NCBI GenBank assembly: GCA_036172245.1 | Contig: JAYWIR010000001.1 | Coordinates: 5,952,001 to 6,016,000, forward strand | Direction of reading: 5' to 3' | Length of the DNA stretch: 64,000 nucleotides | Source of the DNA: Raillietiella orientalis | Taxonomy: Eukaryota | In this document: positions 25,801 through 39,700 of the stretch, piece after piece | How positions within the stretch are numbered: position 1 is the stretch's first letter | Layout: each line of letters begins with the position of its first letter | The notes under the pieces: generated by a model | Databases searched by the model: none | Told to the model about the DNA's origin: nothing | Seen by the model: only the letters and a program-made list of their open reading frames with translations | Position numbers and translations under genes: made by a program

Positions 25801-28800
25801 TGACTCATTCCTGCATTCGGCTTGGGTAAGTGCACGTGTTTTGAGCTCGTTTTCTCTTATGCAAACAAGAGGGATGCACTCGGAACGGGACTGCTTCCCT
25901 GCCAGTCCAGCTTGAATGAAGCGTGCAGAATCGTTGTAGTAGTTGGCAAATTCCCTCCCCCCCCCCCCCCCCCTGCGATGATTGAGGGTGGAAATTTCTG
26001 GAATTACTGTCTGCTAATTCATGTGATTTGGCAAACCGATACTTTCCATGCCTGTAATCATTTTTTGTACAACAGCTAGACAAAAAGGAAACACTGAGAT
26101 AAAAGGGCAGTCAAGAGGTTACGCAATCGGCGCAAGAGCCTTTCTTGTTGGAGCTTCACGTTCAAATGAGAAAAAAAGAAAAGAAAAGAAGGAATAAACG
26201 AAACGGGAGTAGAAGTGCAGGCTTTCGGCACTGTCCGTGGAACCATTCTACGGAGGACGCGAAGTCGTCATAAACAGATGACACGCCAACTGCTGTGTGT
26301 TTCCTCCTTTCTCTCGTGTTCGCTGGCTCTTTGCAGGAACTCTTTTCCCACTGCTGCTTTTCCGAATGCCCAAGGCGCAGCGCCAAGATCGAAAGAGGCG
26401 ATCCGGTCGACGGCACTTCCAACTCGAGCTGCAGCGCCCGCGGTACTCATAACGCGCCACCGCGGAATCTTCCTGGGAGGAGAGAGAGACCGCCCGATGT
26501 TTTGCGCCATCGCCTCGAGGCGCGGAGTGTTTGGCGGTGACAGCACCGAGAGGTTCCCCCGCCGCTTCCCGGGCGGGAGGAAGCGATCGCTTCCGATGGG
26601 TTCCTGAAGGAGCAGCCCGGTGCCACTGCTGGCAGCTATTCCTTTCGTGGCCAACTGCACCAGGAAGACCCGTGAGAGCTTGCGAAACTGCTGCTGCGAA
26701 GAGCAAGGATCCTGCTTCCTGGCACACGCTTTTCTGGCACGCCCCCCCCCCCCCAAAGAAGAAGAAGAAAAAAAAAGATTCTAGAGACGCAGCATCGTAA
26801 ACAAGGAAGGAGATCGGCGTTCGTCCCGAGAGCGCAGGGCGAACTGCACGCGCGATAATTACGTGGTAACACCGACATGCAAATCGGCGCGTCTGCTCTG
26901 CATGCAGTCTCTCACGGAGGGCGAAGTAGGGCTCGAGGTTATCTACGGCGAACAGCATGGGGGAGCGATGGGGTCCGAGCGCAAAACGGAGCGTGACCTG
27001 GTCGCAGGAGCTGCGCCCGCGGCGATCATCATCCCGTGCGCAAATGAACGACGAGGAAACCGAGCAGCATGTGCGCTCGTCGGTTCCCGGTTTCCCGTGG
27101 TCAGTCGCCGCTGGCGTCGTCGCGTCCGGTTCTTCCGACCTGGATGATATCCCTCCGCGGGCGTGAGGACGGCGGACCCGTCTTCCGCGCGGCGGCGGAG
27201 GGGAGTTCGAGGCCGTCGAAAAAAGGTCGCCGCCACGCAGCCCGGGGTGGCGGGCGCGACCGGGAACACACCTGCGAGCACGTGCGGAAGGAAACGGCGG
27301 CGGACGACGCCGACCCCCAGAAGCACAAACGGCGTGCTCACCCTGGGCACTTTCGCCGGAAGAAGGAGACGCTCTCTCGACCGGTGGCCCGCTCGTGAGC
27401 GGCAGCAGCCCTCTCTTCATCGCCTCCGCGTCGTCTTCCCGCGAACCCTCCGCATCCGCAAGAAAAGTTTACCTTGGATTTTCGGCGCTCCGTGCGACCC
27501 TGACCGAGTTTCGCTTCCGGCAACAAACCGCTACCGCTGCTGCCACCTCCTTCCTTTGCTCCTGCCAAAAAACGGCTTCGGCGGAGCGTCGGCCCCGATT
27601 TTTTGGCAACAGCGTGACGCTGATTCTTTTCTTCCCTTCCCTGGAAGAGGGAGGGGGAGGGGGGGAGGGAAGCGCAGCAAAAGAGAGGGGGGAGCACGAG
27701 GAACGAGACGACGAGTGGGGACCGAGAAAAGAGCAGCCAATGAGAGAGGGGCCTTCGCGCTTGTGCGGGCGCATCGTTCCTTTTCGCTTCCGTCTGCGGG
27801 GGTTGGCATGGGGCGGCATCCGCCCTGCGCATCCCTGTGGAGCCCGGAGCGTCCCTGGCGGGTGGCGCCACCGAAAGGGGTACGCAGGTGGCTGCCACGC
27901 TCTCATCAGCTCCGAGTCCCCGCGCGCGGGGATCAGTCCGCGGATGTCTCAGAAGACTACGTGGCGGACCACAGCATAAGGAAAGAAGGGAAAGGGGGGT
28001 GGTGCCATCCCAACTTTGGGCGGAACGACAGGGAGTTGCCTAAAGGCTTCTTCGAAAGCAGGGAGGGCCCACGGCCGCCAACATTGGTACCCTGGAGGAC
28101 CGCAGAGGGATTGCACGTTACGCGCCCACCCCCGTTCCGGAGAAGGAAAGAACGTCGTGCACCCGCCCGTTCCTTGCCTTCCCGGACTCCACCCGCCTTG
28201 CCATTCCCTCGTCCTAAGCCTCCACGATTCGCCTCCTCTAGGCTCTCGTCCTTTGCTCGGTACACCACCTCTGCCGCCGCCGCCGCGAGCAGCGGCCACC
28301 GACGCCGACTTCGACCCTCCTCGCCACCCTACGCCTCCTCAAGACACCTCCATCCGGGAAAGGCGCAAACAAGCGCGCCTTGCCAGATGACCTCTTCCAT
28401 CCGTCGCTCCCCCCAACACAAACAAACGGACGAACGACGCACGCAAGCAGCTCCTCACCACCAGCCCCGCCACCCCACACACGTGTCGCCTGGACATTCT
28501 GCATTTTTTTCCTTCTTTCTTTCTGGTGAGCATGGTGACAGTGAGGAGGGGGCGGGAAGGATGATGGCGATGACGGTTTTTTCGCTTCCCATGGATGGTG
28601 GAGACACTAACAAGCAACCAGCAGCAGTCTCTTCATAGTTCCTCGGCGCGGCAAAAGAAAGATTCCGCGCGCACGAGAGCAGAAACGCACAACGGTATCG
28701 GCCACACAAGCGGGAAGGGGTCCGCCGAGGGCGGTCTCCGCATCTGCCGGTGACAGTTCGATCCCTGCCTCTGCCACAGGCAGATAAGGTCGCCGTATCC

Positions 28801-30645
28801 ACGCCTGCAATCCAACAGCTGAAGATGGCCCAAGCCCTGCATGGGTCGCGGAGTAAGAGGAGGCAGGGGGCACTCGACTCCCTCTGCCTCGCGGCACGGC
28901 TCTGCGCATCTCTGGGTCCCTTTCCAGAAGGGCAGACGTGCAGGAACGTGGTGCACTCTGGATGCTGCGACGGGGCGGAGAGTCCTTCAAGAAGCAGTCG
29001 GTCGGCTTGCAACCCGGCGTGCCGGAGCATCGGAAGGATATGCGCTTGCGTCCGACTGCGGCGACGTGTGGGTCGTGGGGGGGAGGGAGCCGGGGGCAGC
29101 GTGGGCCGCAGGAGGACGACCGCCGCCACCCCCTCCCCACCACCCCGGTTCGCTTTTCTCACCGCTCAAAGGGGCGCGGCGGTGTCCCCGGCCTGCAGCG
29201 GGCGAGGCAGCCGAGCCCAGAGCACAACCCATTCTTCCCCTTCGAAGGTTTACTCAGTGCGGACGCGAGCAGTGCGCGGAGCGGCAGCGCCGCTGGCACG
29301 GCCTCCGGCTCCGTCATCCTTCCCCTTTTCTGGTTTATGGGTACTTTGGCTGGCAGGGATTGGTCAGGGATACCACCACTCCTTGCCCCAAGGCAAGCGG
29401 GTCGTTCGCCTTTTTTCTCGGCTTTCCTTGGACGCCGGACGTGCGTCTCTTCTTCCCCTTGCATCGCCGCCAGCGTACAGAGAGCCGGCGCGGTGGCACA
29501 GCGGACGCTGCCATCGGGTCGACTGCAGCGGTGACCGGATGAGGACGTCCAGTCCGGGTGGGCGCTGTGCGGGGAGGAGCCGCTCGCGCACTGAGGTGCA
29601 ACACTGTACACACAAACGACGGGAAAGAGTCGTCCCACTGCACTGCGGTGCCGCGCGCACACGAAAAATCGGCGTCGCGAAAAAGTGGGGACGCACGCAA
29701 GTGGCAGGGCGAACAAAGCGGCGAGTGCATTTTCGCATGTCCGGAAAATCGGATATTTTAAGATCGGGCCGGAAGGAGCGACGCGGGCGTTTTAAAAATA
29801 AAATGCTCGTTTTATTTTTAAAAAAAAAAGAGAGGGGGGGGGAGGGAGAAGCAAAAAAAACAAAAGGGCGCCCCTGAAATAGACGCAGGTGGCTGCCACG
29901 GCCTCCTCTGCACGCTGCCTTTTCACCGTGTGTGTTTTATGGCTGCTGCGGAACGGCTCTCCTCCCTCTGTCGGAAAACGAAAGTTCTTCATCCGTCCCC
30001 CCCCCCCCCTCCCCTTCCGCACTCCGAAAAGGGCGCCAGGAGAGAGTTTCACCCGTCCGGAACGGTAGTGCCCATCGACCGACCGACCGACCGACACGAG
30101 TGAGCCCGAGAGCGGGGTAAAAGGAGAGGCGCACGTGCACGAAGGAAACCCGCGCGCGGCGCCTGCCGTCCGAAAACGCGGGGGCTGGCGGCTACCCGGC
30201 AGCGAATCGGGGACGAAGAGTTACTCGTCTGCGGGCCCCGGCAGAGGGCAAAGGGAAACGGGGCGGCGGGAGGCCGACCGTTCCCTTCAACGTTTTACCT
30301 GCTGTCCATGGCGTTTCGATTGCAGGCGGAGCCGGGACGCCGTTCTTGCCGTCGGCACCACGGCTCGCGCGCCAGCAAACCGCTGCGGATCGGGCCCTGC
30401 GGGCGCGCAGTCCAGCCGGCTGGCTGAGTGGGAGCGCGAGAAATGATCGGGGAGGGGCAGAAAGAGCACTTCTGATGGGGAATTGGGATGGACGGGGGCG
30501 CGTGCCGACGGCCCCAACGCGCGGACAGCCCCAATAGAGGGCGTGCGGCGAAATAGATGCCGGCTGTAGCCTCCTAGAGGGAACCGGGGGGGGGGAGGGG
30601 CCCCGGGGTGGCGGCAATGAAGGTCGCTGAACGCAACGCAATGCT

Positions 30646-30745
30646 TTTATTTGGTCTCAGAAATGGATGTCCTGAGGTACAGCTGGCTGCGTCCTCATCG
30701 CCGGCAAGCTGGGACCACTCGCCCCGAAGACCTGTTTTCTGCTGT
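30646..30745 (-). CDS. RAD51B: Candidate RAD51B terminal exon (DSRKQVFGASGPSLPAMRTQPAVPQDIHF*) plus polyA signal
   Basis: Acceptor ttttttattctcttccag; phase-1 compatible; TGA at 30659-30657; AATAAA 5 nt downstream (30651-30646). No protein homology support (this tail is variable in RAD51B). Confidence 0.6.
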
Positions 30746-33700
30746 CTGGAAGAGAATAAAAAATCACCACAGTTCAGGGCAGAAATTCGGGAGAGGGAGG
30801 GGGTGTCTCCTCGGGCCTCCCGGTCCCGCGCCTCGACACCCGGGGAAGGGGTGGACACCGCCGCCCAATTCGCTCTCGACTTGAGACGGCGACCCCGCGC
30901 CGGCGACTCCTTCCTTTTCCCCCACAGGCGGTAGCCGATTCGCCGGCTGCAGCTCCCTCTCTCGAGAAGCGACCGACTCACTACTGTGGGCGCTGCGGGT
31001 TGAGGACATGCGGAAAAAAAAAAAAAAAAAAAAAAAACGCTGGGAAACACCGTCGGGGGCGCGCTAGTGCGACCGGGCAAGCACCTTCGTACACGGGCCA
31101 CAGGAACTTCGAAAGCTTCCGCAGTTTCCTAAACCCTTCCAAATAAAAAGCGCACGCGCACCCTGCGTGATTCGTTGTCACCTTTCGCCCTGCACGACCG
31201 TTCGTCCAACAGCAGCGGCAGCCGTAATCGCGAGCATCTCCAAGACCTGGGCGCCCTTTCCATATGCACTCCTGGTGGCAGGGGGCGTCGGCCCTTGCTA
31301 CCGCAGAAGGTTTCGCGAGAACGTCCGCCCCGTTTTCTTCCTTTTCTCCGCCATCTCTATGGGAACACTTGCAGCTAAGTCACCGCAGTCTCGAGGATGA
31401 CGCCGGCTATACAAAAAAGAGCATCCCGGCTGTTCTAAAGCCAAAGGGAGCAGCGATCCGGGGACGCGGGGGGGGTGGAAGAGGAGAGCAGCACGATACG
31501 CCCAGGTCGCCCGCCGCCAGCGCTCCAAAGTCGACCCGGGAACGGAGACACCTGGGAGGACCGCCGGCAGCAGATGGCGCCGGCGGCGCAAGGCTGTGCC
31601 CGCGACTGGCATCCCATCGCTGCCTTCTGCTTCCTTGTGCTGCTGCCCGTACCGGGAGGCTGTGTGCCTCCTCCTCACCGCGAGCATCGCGGGGCGCTGA
31701 GGTCGCAGGTCGGAAGGTCCCCCCCCCCCCCAGGGCAGGCGCCTCCCTTCCCCGCTAGACGAGCAGCGGACGGACGCTCTCGGACGGGAAGGACGCGTAG
31801 CGCCATCCAGGGAGTGGTCGTGTCTCCGCAGCCGTCTCTCCCCTGGGGAACCGTGAAAGAGAGCCCTCCCTCTCGGAGTTCCTGGACGCCCGCGGGCTTC
31901 GACCCCCCCCTCCCAGGTGCTATGGAGAGAGGCGGGGAGGGAAGAGTAGAGGAGGCTGCGGCGAAGATCCACGCGGGCGTTTCCGCGTGGTCCCCTCTCT
32001 CCTACGAGGACACCTTGCAGCCGCGAGCAGGCAGGTCTCAGGGCCGTCCCCTCCCTTCGGAGGCCCCCATCCTCTTCCGGGGTCGCGCAGTATCGACGGC
32101 AGGGGTGCCACGCGAGCGCGCGGTTCCATCGCCAACTCAAGCAAGCCTTTTCCCGATTGGTGGTTCCCCGCCCTGGCTACGCTGGAACCGACCGGGTGGG
32201 GGGGCGTCCGCTGCCAGGAGGGGGAGGACTGGCAAAGAGAGACGCCGTCAAGGTCACGCCGCCACATCTAGGACATTCCATCCTGCAGGGGGTGAGGGCG
32301 CGCTCGTGGAGACGTGAGGCCGCCGTCGCCTCCGCTGCTGCCGGGATGCGGCACTGGGATCCCCGGACCGCAGGCGCGGATGCGCCCGCAGACGTGCGGC
32401 GGTGGGCGCAGTTCCTCGCCGCGCGCGTGAGCGCAACGGGAGGCTGCCAGCACTCGGTAATGAGCGGGGCGCGACTCGAGAGGAACGAGATATTCACAGA
32501 TCCAGGGAGATAACCAACGAGTTGAGAGATGAGAGATAAGATAGAGGGGGGGGCGCCGCCGGGAGGAATGCGAATGGCAAGCAAAGATGGCGGCGAAAGA
32601 GATCTGCTCGATGTGCGCGCCGAGCGCCCGGCAGAACGGAGGAGGGGGGGATCAGAAGCACGTGACTCTCAGCGGCGACGACGACTCGAAGAGAGCCCGG
32701 GCGCTCGCGCAGGGCGGAAGAGGAGCGCGCATGACTCGACCGTCCTGACTCACCGCTCCCATCTCGAGGTTTCAAAACGGGGAAAGGGAAGGGGGGGGGG
32801 GGAGCGGCAGCAGCAGCACGTCCGTGCCCGCAACCTGGATCCTCTCCCTCTCCTCCCCGCCGTTTCATCGAGGAACTTGTCCTTAGAAACGGCGCAAAAA
32901 TCCCGTCCCACGCTGAGAGGCCATCGCGGTTCTTCAACTCCCTCACGAAGTACACCAGCAACGAAGGGCGTCGAACGGACGACTTACAACTCCTCTCCCA
33001 CCCCCACCCCATGTTTGCCTTTTGGGGGAGCCAGGTATCCCTTAGGTTTCCGTTCTTTCCGAAGTCGCCTTTGCTCTCGGAGGCTAATTGGAACGGAAGG
33101 AGGGGGGGGAGCAGTCAAGGAGTCTGCACTCTCTCTGCCCGAGGACATTCCGAAGAGAACGTCGCCGCGCAGCAGCGGGGGGCGAATCTCCCGGTAGCGA
33201 AGGAGGCGTCCCAGCGGGAACTTCGCCATCACCGAGTGCCGGAGCTCTTGCAGAGAAGGCGATCGTTGAGGGGCATTCCGTGCAGGGGAGTGGGGAGGTC
33301 CCGCCCATCCCTTCCAATTCCTTCGGGGTGCTCGCTGCTGCTCCAGCACCATATGAACCTCAGGGAAGGGTGAGGAGAACCGGGCGCCGTCCGCCGCCAG
33401 ACCAGGCAAACAGGTGGGTCCGGGAGGAGGGAAACGACAGCACGCGGAGCTGCAAGATTCGGCCCCGCCCGGCTAAGGAGCTTCTCTCCCGAAGGCGCAC
33501 GCGGGAGCCTTCGGGAATCACTCCGCGTGCTCCCCCCCCTCCTCGAGAAGCCCGACAGGTGTCGTCACCGGAAGCTGTGGAGCTACGGCAGGAGAATCCG
33601 CGCGCTGCGCGCTGGAAGCAGTGCCTCGAGGGATCGCCTACGCGCTCGCTGTTTGTTCCCGCGCGCCCGTCCGGCTCGGAGATGAGTCCGGCTCCGCCCG

Positions 33701-36700
33701 GAGGGAGGGAAGGGGGAGGGGGACTGACTACCAGGGGTCCGAGGGCGCCTCGCGTCGTAAACGTCGACGATGCCAGGGGAAACCCCAATCGCGAGCAGCG
33801 CAGGGGTCAGGCGGCTCCTGAGGTGCGAGCCGACCCGTCTCCCCGCGCTTGGCAGTGCGCCCGTAAGGAATCTCCCCGCCCGCTCCTGACCGACTGCTAT
33901 CCCGAGACTACCTGCCGTCCCGGCGGAGCGAAGTTCCGTCGGAGGACGTCTGCAAACGAGCACCCCCCCCCCATTCCTCTCAAAAATGGCAGGCCATAAG
34001 TGCCGTCCCGACGCGTGTAGGGCCGCCCGCCCGTGCGCACCGGAGACGGTCCCGGGGAGCTCCGCGGCGCGCGTGCATGCGCCCTGCAGGGACCTCCGCG
34101 GAGGCTTCCTTGGGACCCGGCACTGCACCTTCCTAGGCCGGGTGGGAGAATGCAGGGGGAGGGGACACGCGGTCCGACCCCGGGACCTCACGACAGGGGA
34201 TCCTCATACGCTGATCCCTGAGCACAACCGCCGCCGCCCCTGCCCGCGCGCTTCCCCGCAACGAAGATCGGAGGAGGAGGAGGAGGAGCCCCGTCGGGCA
34301 GCAGAGAGGGTGCAAGTTCGCGGCGCGTGCACGGAGGACTTTTTTTTTTCGGAAACTCACCGCTCATCTCGATCCCCGAGGGTTCGATGCGGCACAGGAA
34401 CAACGCACTTCCAGCAACAGGTGACTTGGTTACCAGCAGCTGCAAAAAAAAAAAGAAAAAAACAAGAATTTACTGGGCAAGACACGGAAAGCTCGGACGC
34501 ACCGCAGGCCCCCGTACAATGCGTAGCGCTAGCGCGCCAACAATGGCCGACCGCCGCCACCTGGCAAACCTTGCCGCTGCCTAGCAACTGCTCCCGATGA
34601 GTCGCGACCGTCAGGCGTTCGCGCCGCGAAGAACCAATCATGCAAAGAACGCGTACCTCAACGACTCCGCTTCTTCTGCCGAAAGTTGCGCGCCTCCCGT
34701 GTGTGAAGCAGGTGCGCACCGAAACGCGCGGGGAGGGGAGGAATAGGAGGAGGAGGGGAAGGGAGCGGCTGGAACCACCGAAAGAAAAAGTGAGCGCTCA
34801 CGTGGTGGCGGCGGCGGCGGCGCGCTCCCGGAACTCCCTAGCCACGCGAACGCTCAAAGGAGGACTTCGCGGGTGGGCTGCTGCTGCAGCAGGAGCGGGG
34901 CAGCAGTGAACCTCCGAAGCCACTCGTCCGCCCGTCACTCGCACTTCCCCGTGAGTGCCTCCTCCGCACGCAGCGTGCGGGAAGCGGGGTCACGGGAAGA
35001 GCATCCGCTGACCGCCGGGGGAGGGAAGAAGTGGGACCGCTCGCCACGGACCCAGAGGTCCGCATCTCGGTGACGTCAGCAGCGCGCTCCGGCCCGACGT
35101 TGCCGGCTGCGTTGCGAGCCGTTGGCTGCTACGCCCCAACGGAGGCGCCCGCGCGAGCGCAGAGGTGTGGATGGACCGCCTCGGATAGGAGATCTCCGCG
35201 TGAGCTCCCTGCCAGCAGCCGCGGAGCCGTTCGGGAAGGGGGCAGCTGGTGAGCCGTCGTCACCACCTCAGCAGAAGGACGGATGGCGAGGCATCGCTCG
35301 CTGGCTCTTGCTCGTGGCAGGAGGCTTCCCCACCACCACCACCACCACCTTCGGGAGTACCGCGGTTTCCCTGGGCAACACGCAGCCCCGCCGGCGCCCA
35401 CGTCGGAGCAGACCCCTCCGTCGGGAGGCGAAGGAGCGCCCACGCGCTTTCCCTCCCGCCGCGGTCTCCCGCTCCGCGTGGGCCCACGCGACTCTGGACA
35501 AATTGCAGCCCGGAAGGTCGCGGCGTCCCTCCCGTTCGGGGAAGCTGGGAGGAGCGTCTCGCGCGATGCAATATTTTATAGAGCTATAATTAAGTTAGCC
35601 AATAATCAAATAGGTGAATTTCATACGTGCTACTTAGTCCATTCTGCCTTCGACGGGCGCCCTCGTAGCCGCCGAGAGGATACGGCGGACCGTGTCTGGT
35701 TAGCGCGCGTTTCACGTGTGCGCGAGCCGTGGGAGTGGAAAGCGGACCGGCCAATGGCCCCAGGCAGATCGTTTTTCGAGGGAGGTAGCTGTTCCTCCAG
35801 CACCCTTGGTACTCCGCCTACATGTCCTTCCGGGCCTGAGATCATGCGGCGGACCCGTCCGGACCGGCTCCCCCGTGTCGTTCCCGAACGCTCTCGTCCA
35901 GTCCGTGCTTTTGATCGGATTGCCGGCGTGACGGCACCTCTTCCCGCGTTTCCGTCGGAGCGCGTTCCCGGCCGGTGGTTCCCACCGTCCCGGCCGCACT
36001 GCAACCCGACCGGGAGGACTTCCGCTGCCAGGGAGAGGAAGCCAGGCAAACAGCCAACGCCAAGGTCGCGCCGCCGCGCTCTCTGGGACTCCACCTCTGC
36101 AGAGAGTCAGACGGGCCGCCGCCGCCGCGTCTCGTGGAGCGCACTTTCCTCCCCACGCAACCGAGCGCGGACCTTATTCCTTCCCGGCAGAGATGACCCA
36201 AACGAGCGGGAGCACCGGAAGCAAGCCGCCAGCAGGACTCGGGTCCCTCCCCAAAGATCCGGGCGACTCCTCATCCCGGTCACCCCGCACCGGGTCGCTC
36301 CGCACGAAGTCGTCGATCAGGGACGCGTCTCCCTCCGCCGGCGCACTCGCTCTCCGAGGTTCGTCAGGGTGGCTCGAAAGGGGGGGGTGGCGAAGAGGTG
36401 GCGTGGAGGTGGGCGCGGTGACGACAGCCTCGCCCTTGCAGCTGGCGACACCAACATTCGAAGACAGCGCGCTCGGAACGACGGCGAACCCGACCAGACG
36501 TCCACGATGGTGCGGAGCGGGCAGTGTCGCTTAGGAGGCTCTCCGGAGAAGGGCTGTGTTTGGGGGGGGGGGAGGGGGCAAAACCTTCGAAAGGCGGCGG
36601 CAGGCGCGCCCGTCCTTCGCTCCTCCTCGCGCGCGCAGGCTTCCCGCTTCGCCTCCCCCCCCCATCCGTGTGCTGGCCGCTCTTCGTCACGGTCCGGTGT

Positions 36701-39700
36701 TCAGGGCCCCTTCCCGCTGTACCCGACGCGACGAACCTTTCCCTTCCCCCGCGCGCCGAGGTTCCGGAAATGCCCAGGAAAGATGAAAGCCAACGCCGAG
36801 GACCCCTGCGAAGGCCCCATCGCGGATCACCGGCTTTCGCACACCCAAAACGCCTGCACGGCCTTCCGCAGGAAAAGCTGTGCGGGCGGATCGGTCGCTC
36901 CTGCGTCGCGAGGGCGGCCCCAGGCCTTCGACCGGGCAATGGAAGGGAATACCTTCCGGCGTCCTTCACACAATCCAGGGACTCGGGGATGATGGAAATC
37001 CTCTGGGGGTTCTCTCGTTTTCGCTCCTTTCCTTCCAGCCTTTTTTTTTTTCCGAGTTTTTTTTTTTGGTTTGTTGAAGAGCTGCTTAAGAACCACTCGT
37101 CTCCTTGAGGAGGGAAGGGGGGGCGGCCACGAAGCTCATTGGTACTGTCCACGCCACCCGAGGGTGCGTGTTAACTGTCCAAGCTATAGGGCGCAACCCC
37201 GCAGGGAGCACCCTATGAATCCAGGAATTCTGCGGAGGAACAGTCCGTTCCTCTCACGTTTCGGGGAGGGAGAACCCCGAGAAGGGAACCCGGACAGGAT
37301 CCGCTCCTGGAATTTCCTCTCCTCCACAAGGAAACCGCGCCTTGTTTCTTCCTCCGCCTCCGAGAACCCCGGAGGGAGCATCGCGCCTTCTGACCCTTTG
37401 GAGAGGCGACCCTCTGAGAGGAGGTATCATCTAGCTGCATGGCACGCGATGGGGCGGCTCCTTTTTTTTTTTTTTTTTTGCAACACAACCGGAGGGGAAT
37501 CTCGAAGGACTCCCTTATTCCTGGAAAGACTTCGGAGGATCGACTTGCAATGTCAGCAGGTCAACGGGGGGCACCCGGTTCTCGCCAGTACCGCCGACGC
37601 GGGCCGCATGGCCTGTATCCTGAATCCAGGGGCCTGGGTCGGTTTCGATGACGGTCCACCTCTTCTTCCGACGCCCTGGGTTGCACCGTCCTCCTGCGTC
37701 AACCCTTGAGGGTCACGCAGCAGCTGTCGCGGTGATCTCATTCCGATGCCGAACAGTGGAACTCCTGGCTGCACCTCCGTCTCCGAAACCGCTTGCTCGA
37801 CGTGTCTCGCGAAGCTCCGGGGTCTCTCCCCCACCTATTCTCATTCCCATTCAATCGCCTTTCTTCTGCGGTCGGGTTTCAACTTCGTACCACACTGTGG
37901 AACAGGTGGCAAATTGGCGCGTGACCCACTCGGAGGGGGATCGCAAGGTTCTCTTCCGCTCGTCACGGCAAGAAGCGAATGGAAAGGGGGGGATAAGGTA
38001 ATGGGCAATTTACGTGGCCGTCCATCATGCACCGGACACCTTCCATTCCGGTCACGCGAGCACACCAACTGGCTTTGAGTAGGTTGTGCATCGAGAGGGG
38101 GCACGCGGACAGGAGCGGATTCGATGCTCTCCTGAACTTCGTTTCCAGACACTTTCGGTGCACCCGCGTCTTTTCAAACTGTGGAGCGCACCTCGAACGA
38201 ATTGCTGAGGGCATTCGCAGCTCCAGCCCCATTTTCGTGGAATTCCAAAGCGTCCCCCCACCCACCCGTCCCTTCCCGTTACTCGGAGTTGCCGCAATGC
38301 AAAACCGTAAACTTTCACTTTGTGCGATGACCCCCCACCCCTGCCTATTCGAAGCACACGACGGCGCCTCCTTCAACAGCATTCACGGAGGGAAGGAGGA
38401 AGCCTTTGACTGTTGCCACGGAGCAGAAAATCAGTCCCGACTGTCACTGGAAAAGCACTCCCGGATGCTCAAACATCTTCCTTCCTCTCGCGTGGCCTTC
38501 GAATGGAATTCGGGTCCAGTTCGTAGAAGAAAAAAAAAAAGTCATCTCTTTCGCGGTGAGTACCACCAGTACGGCCCATTTTTACGTCGTGCGATCGACT
38601 CTTCCGTGCCGAGGCGCTCGACGACCACCAGCGCGCGGAAAAAAGAAGCAGAGTGGCTCGATTTGAGACGTCAGACCGAACAGGCCCCCTCGCCGCTTAA
38701 CCCGGTTCTCCCGGCCCTCCGTTCCGGAGCGCAAGGAGCTTTCGCAAAAACCGCAACTGCCTCGCGAGGGCATTCGTTGGATCGCGGGCCACGCGGTGGC
38801 GAGGGGGTGGAGGGTCGCTGCACTCCGATTTCGCGAGAGCGTTTCCCGCCGCCGCCGCGCCCACGGCTTCTTTCGCGAAAGAGGTCTTCCGCGCGCACGG
38901 TACTGAAATCGAGGAACCCTTCCGAGGTTGCTGCGAGGAGTCGGGCGCAGCATCGGTCGGGATCTTCGCCAGCGCTTGCAACTTTCGTGCTCCAATCGGA
39001 CCCGTCGAAAGGACCGGAAGATCGGATCGCATGCCGAACCCACGCAAACCATTCAGAAGCAGCGACCTCGATTAGGGGAAGAAAAAAGAAAGAAAAAAGG
39101 AAGCTGTATTTTAGTCGCAGGCGGACCACAGCTTGGTTTCATTAGCTCGACCCTCACGAAAACCCCATAATTTTGTCGATTTTTAGCCCCTTGAAGAAAC
39201 TTGACCTCGGCGAGAGCGCATCCAAGTACCCCATCGATTGTCAACTGGCGGGGACATCGCATCTCTTGGGAAAAAGTCGCAGAATGAGTCCATCTTCGCT
39301 TGCTGTTGGTTCCTTCCGATATCAACCCTTTCGAAACCCGGTGTGGCTGCGGTCGCGATGCTGGCTCGGGGGGCCTCAGAGCACCGACGAGGAAGTGACG
39401 GGGATGGTTTCGTGATGCACCCATGACACCTCTGATGACTCTGGGCCGTCGGCGGGTCACTCGAAGTGCCCGAACGCTCTGTGTGCAAATTTCCTTTCTC
39501 TATGCAGCTTCGCCGAGGTTCCCGCTTTGCGCATCGGTTTGAGGGCTTGCCGGCCGCATGTGCGTTGGCAGCAGACTGAGCCGTGCTCACGCGTTTTTCT
39601 AGTTCGCTGTCGACCGTAGCCACACCGTCAGTTGACTGGCCGAAGACCCGACAGTCCGGGTTGCGTGCTGCAAGCTCCCAGATGTTCCCCTTTGTGGAGT

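Noticed and set aside
31940-32030. RNase H-like GPRGNARVD motif (LINE relic) on the minus strand
   Set aside because: Only a few residues match; no other RT or RNase H motifs nearby.
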